A stretch of DNA of 64,000 bases from Candidatus Hodarchaeota archaeon. Lineage in GTDB: Archaea; Asgardarchaeota; Lokiarchaeia; Sigyniarchaeales; SOKP01. The notes under the pieces are model-generated. The model saw only the letters and a list, made by a program, of their open reading frames with translations. It was not told the DNA's origin and ran no database searches. This document shows, piece after piece, positions 61,120 through 64,000 of this stretch (positions are counted from its first letter, which is position 1; the number at the start of each line of letters is the position of its first letter). The stretch spans positions 18,486-82,485 of the forward strand of contig JBHLKM010000004.1 of assembly GCA_048886685.1 (NCBI GenBank), given 5' to 3'. The position numbers and the translations under genes are program-made.

Positions 61120-61977
61120 TCAAGATTCCTTATTTATAAAGTGTTTTTCAAGAAATTCAATACTTTCTTTTATTTCTTTTTCTGTACACAAGGTTCCATG
61201 ACCTGGTACAAAAACTTTAATATCTTTCTCAAGATAAAACTCTAATACATTCTTAAAGTTAATCGGATCAGCAGCCCAGGGAATGCCATTAATACCATTA
61301 GCCCATTCCGGATCCAAATTGGTAAATAACAAGTCACCCATAAAGCAAATTCTCTCCTTAGGGAAATAAGCTATTATGTCGTCGTATGAATGTGCATTTC
61401 CAACATTAATTATTTCAACAGATCTTTCTTTACCATTAATTTTCAATTTACTTGATAACAATAGATCAGGGGGTCTTAGTTTGAAACTAGGATCTTGTAT
61501 ATTGTTCCAGGTGATTAAGTCATTTTTATATTCAATTATCTTGTTAGGATCTTTCTCTTTTTCTAATAATTCTTCTGTCTTCTTTAATTCTTCCGGTGCT
61601 CTCTCCTTAAGTAATTTAAAACGCTCTGGAAGTGTGTTTTGAAATTGATTTAAGGCACCATAGCTGCTTATAACTGGAATTGAACTTGGAAATAAATGAT
61701 TTCCAAATAAATGATCAATATGCCAATGGCTATTTATTAACAAAAATGGATCTTTATTTGTAATCTCTTTAGATGCTTTCATAAGATCTTCTGTGGAAAA
61801 GGGGTCCATTAAAGTATCAAATATTATTGTAATATTCCCTAAATCAAAAAATCCAGCATTTGAGCTAGCACCAATGTCTTGATTAAAGATTGTAGCGTAA
61901 ATCCCTTCATCTAATTTAAAAATATCAAAATATAACGAATCAAACTCAATTTTTTCAAATTCCATATAAAATCCCAT
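61120..61977 (-). CDS. MBL-fold metallo-hydrolase
   Basis: SNAG, NSHWHIDHLFGN, AHS, GDL, PGHG. Confidence 0.9.
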   Translation of the reverse strand: MGFYMEFEKIEFDSLYFDIFKLDEGIYATIFNQDIGASSNAGFFDLGNITIIFDTLMDPFSTEDLMKASKEITNKDPFLLINSHWHIDHLFGNHLFPSSIPVISSYGALNQFQNTLPERFKLLKERAPEELKKTEELLEKEKDPNKIIEYKNDLITWNNIQDPSFKLRPPDLLLSSKLKINGKERSVEIINVGNAHSYDDIIAYFPKERICFMGDLLFTNLDPEWANGINGIPWAADPINFKNVLEFYLEKDIKVFVPGHGTLCTEKEIKESIEFLEKHFINKES

Positions 61978-62130
61978 TATTTAATTACAATTTTTGATTT
62001 TTGTACAAATTATATTATTCTAAAGAATTCATACTATTATAGAGTAATAATTTGAACTTTTATTGAACTTTCTTAATTTCTCCCAAATTGGAGGAAATTT
62101 ATAAATATCTTATAATTGGAGATATAATCT

Positions 62131-62973
62131 ATGAGTGTTTATGATTTAATGATTAAACGGAGATCTGTAAGAGTATTTAAAGATCAAGAAGTAAGACAAG
62201 AGATTATAGATAAACTACTAGACGCTGCAAATAATTGTCCTTCTGGAGGAAATATACAGCCTTTATCAATAATTACAATTGAGACCGTTGAAGGTAGAGA
62301 ACAATTAAGTAATTTGATTGGTTCACAACCATGGGTAAAAAATGCTCCATTATTAATGATTTTTTGCATAGATTTTTATAGATTAAAGAAATGGGCAACT
62401 TTATCTGACGTAAATTTTCAAGGGGAAAATGCTCTTTCTCATTTTCTTGTAGCTTATGCTGACCTAATGTGTGCTGCTCAAAATGTTGTTATTACAGCAG
62501 AAAGCTTAGGGCTCGGATCGGTTTATATAGGAACAATTCAAGGACTTATTGATGAAGTTAGAGAATCTTTCTCAATACCCAAATTAGCTCTACCTTTAAT
62601 GTTACTATGTATAGGATATCCTGAATCTATTCCAAGTACTATTCCTAAATTAAATCGGAATACTATCACGCATAAAGAAAAATATAGGTTACTGAGTAGT
62701 GTTGAAATCCAAAATGCATATGAAGATAAGTATGGAGATTTTGATGAAGACCCTGAAAAGTACTTCGTGAAAACCTATATTGAAGTTATTGAAGCAAGTA
62801 AACAACAAAGTGATAGATGGCTAAAGTTAGCAATGAAAAGGTTTAAAAGATTAGAAATTAAGAACCATGCTCAATTCTTATTCAAATTGAGATATCCTGC
62901 TGAGGCAATGGTAAGGATGAATGAAAAATTAATCCAATCTTTTAGAAATGCAGGATTCAATTATTTTAAATAA
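62131..62973 (+). CDS. Nitroreductase family protein (NfsA-like)
   Basis: RRSVR, PSGGNIQP, AQNVVITAESLGLGSVYIG, IGYP. Confidence 0.9.
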   Translation: MSVYDLMIKRRSVRVFKDQEVRQEIIDKLLDAANNCPSGGNIQPLSIITIETVEGREQLSNLIGSQPWVKNAPLLMIFCIDFYRLKKWATLSDVNFQGENALSHFLVAYADLMCAAQNVVITAESLGLGSVYIGTIQGLIDEVRESFSIPKLALPLMLLCIGYPESIPSTIPKLNRNTITHKEKYRLLSSVEIQNAYEDKYGDFDEDPEKYFVKTYIEVIEASKQQSDRWLKLAMKRFKRLEIKNHAQFLFKLRYPAEAMVRMNEKLIQSFRNAGFNYFK

Positions 62974-62984
62974 ATTTTCGGAAT

Positions 62985-63281
62985 TTAATATCTTTCAGTA
63001 TATCCAACGAAACCTGCCACCAAAACAAGAATTCCTCCCACTAAACTTGTATAAATTATCATTATAATCCCGATAGCTACGCAAATAATCCAATTTAATT
63101 CTACAAATTTATGGGGTATGATTATACTTAATAAAATTAATGCTGCTAGTATTATTGAAAGTACTAATAAGATCACTTTTGAACTATCTATATTTCTATC
63201 ATCAAAACCTAATATAGCGTCAATTAAACTTATCGCACCACCCAAACCTGCTAATAATTTCATTATGTCTTGATTTTGCAT
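62985..63281 (-). CDS. Small membrane protein
   Basis: 3-4 hydrophobic helices with Gly-Gly motifs. Confidence 0.7.
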   Translation of the reverse strand: MQNQDIMKLLAGLGGAISLIDAILGFDDRNIDSSKVILLVLSIILAALILLSIIIPHKFVELNWIICVAIGIIMIIYTSLVGGILVLVAGFVGYTERY

Positions 63282-63483
63282 CCCTAATCCCTAATTTAGT
63301 TTTAAATCCTTATATAAATATTATCTGATTTTAAACTAATTAATATTTGTTAGTAAGAAGATGAAAGAAATATTAATGAGATAAATTAAAATAAAATAAA
63401 TATAGAATCAGCTCTTTTTAACAATATTTAGTATAAAATTAATGAACCAACCAGATAATGAGAAAAAATGAGGTAATATGATT

Positions 63484-64000
63484 ATGGTAAAAAAGTCAAA
63501 ATTTGTTGATTTAAGCTTGGAAATTAAGGAAGGGTTAGGTGACTTGCCACCTGAATTTTCTTATCTCGCAGAAAATTTATCTGCTAAGATCAAGCATGCG
63601 GATCATAAAGATAACATATCCATAATGGTAGGTTCTTTTCCAGGGATTTCTGCTGAAGATCTTCCAGACGGTTTAGCTTGGGCTGATGACTATTTATCAT
63701 TAGGAGTTCATATGGGCACACATATGGACGCACCATGGCATTATCATCCTACCAGTCAAGGGAAAAAATCAAAAACAATTGATGAGATCTCTCTCGAATA
63801 TTGCTTCAGTGATGGGGTAGTATTAGATATGACTCATAAAAAACCAGGAGAACTAATAAGCTCACAAGACATACAGGAAGCGCTTAATAAAATAAATTAT
63901 GATTTAAAACCTTTAGATATTGTCTTGATTAGAACAGACACTGACAAGTTCTGGGATACTTTGAAATATTGGACTGATTATGCCGGAGTAGGAAGAGAAG
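63484..64000 (+). CDS. Cyclase family (kynurenine formamidase-like) metallohydrolase, 3'-truncated
   Basis: Not in the ORF track; my translation gives MVKKSKFVDLS...VHMGTHMDAPWHY...DIVLIRT with the HxGTHxDAPxH motif; GAGGT upstream. Confidence 0.9.
   Translation, partial: MVKKSKFVDLSLEIKEGLGDLPPEFSYLAENLSAKIKHADHKDNISIMVGSFPGISAEDLPDGLAWADDYLSLGVHMGTHMDAPWHYHPTSQGKKSKTIDEISLEYCFSDGVVLDMTHKKPGELISSQDIQEALNKINYDLKPLDIVLIRTDTDKFWDTLKYWTDYAGVGRE

Noticed and set aside
60852-64000. Integrated element at the tRNA 3' end
   Set aside because: No integrase and no duplicated tRNA 3' end within the window; the downstream genes are ordinary metabolic enzymes

Overview
Very AT-rich (roughly 30% GC by eye), gene-dense archaeal chromosome segment, most consistent with a Lokiarchaeia/Promethearchaeia-type Asgard archaeon. 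The pointers are a Loki-CTERM-like IPGY-TM-KKK tail, a longin-like domain, a giant multi-PAS kinase, a heliorhodopsin, and hdrABC, fwd and fae genes. It encodes anaerobic C1/energy metabolism (fwdDBC plus ferredoxins, fdhD, hdrCBA, a solo hdrB, a 2-oxoacid:ferredoxin oxidoreductase), a class II ribonucleotide reductase, redox/stress proteins, a sulfur-relay cluster next to a tRNA-Cys(GCA) gene, and several eukaryote-like domain proteins. I saw no CRISPR array, rRNA or transposase. The most notable observations are: (1) a DapA-family class I aldolase fused to a complete formaldehyde-activating enzyme (Fae) domain, suggesting aldolase-to-H4MPT formaldehyde channelling; (2) three translationally coupled membrane-anchored left-handed beta-helix paralogs resembling a split Pls/NRPS terminal module; (3) a tRNA-Cys with a long variable arm beside the sulfur-relay genes; (4) a gene that appears to need a non-canonical ATA/ATC start. 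All family assignments come from motif recognition, not database searches.
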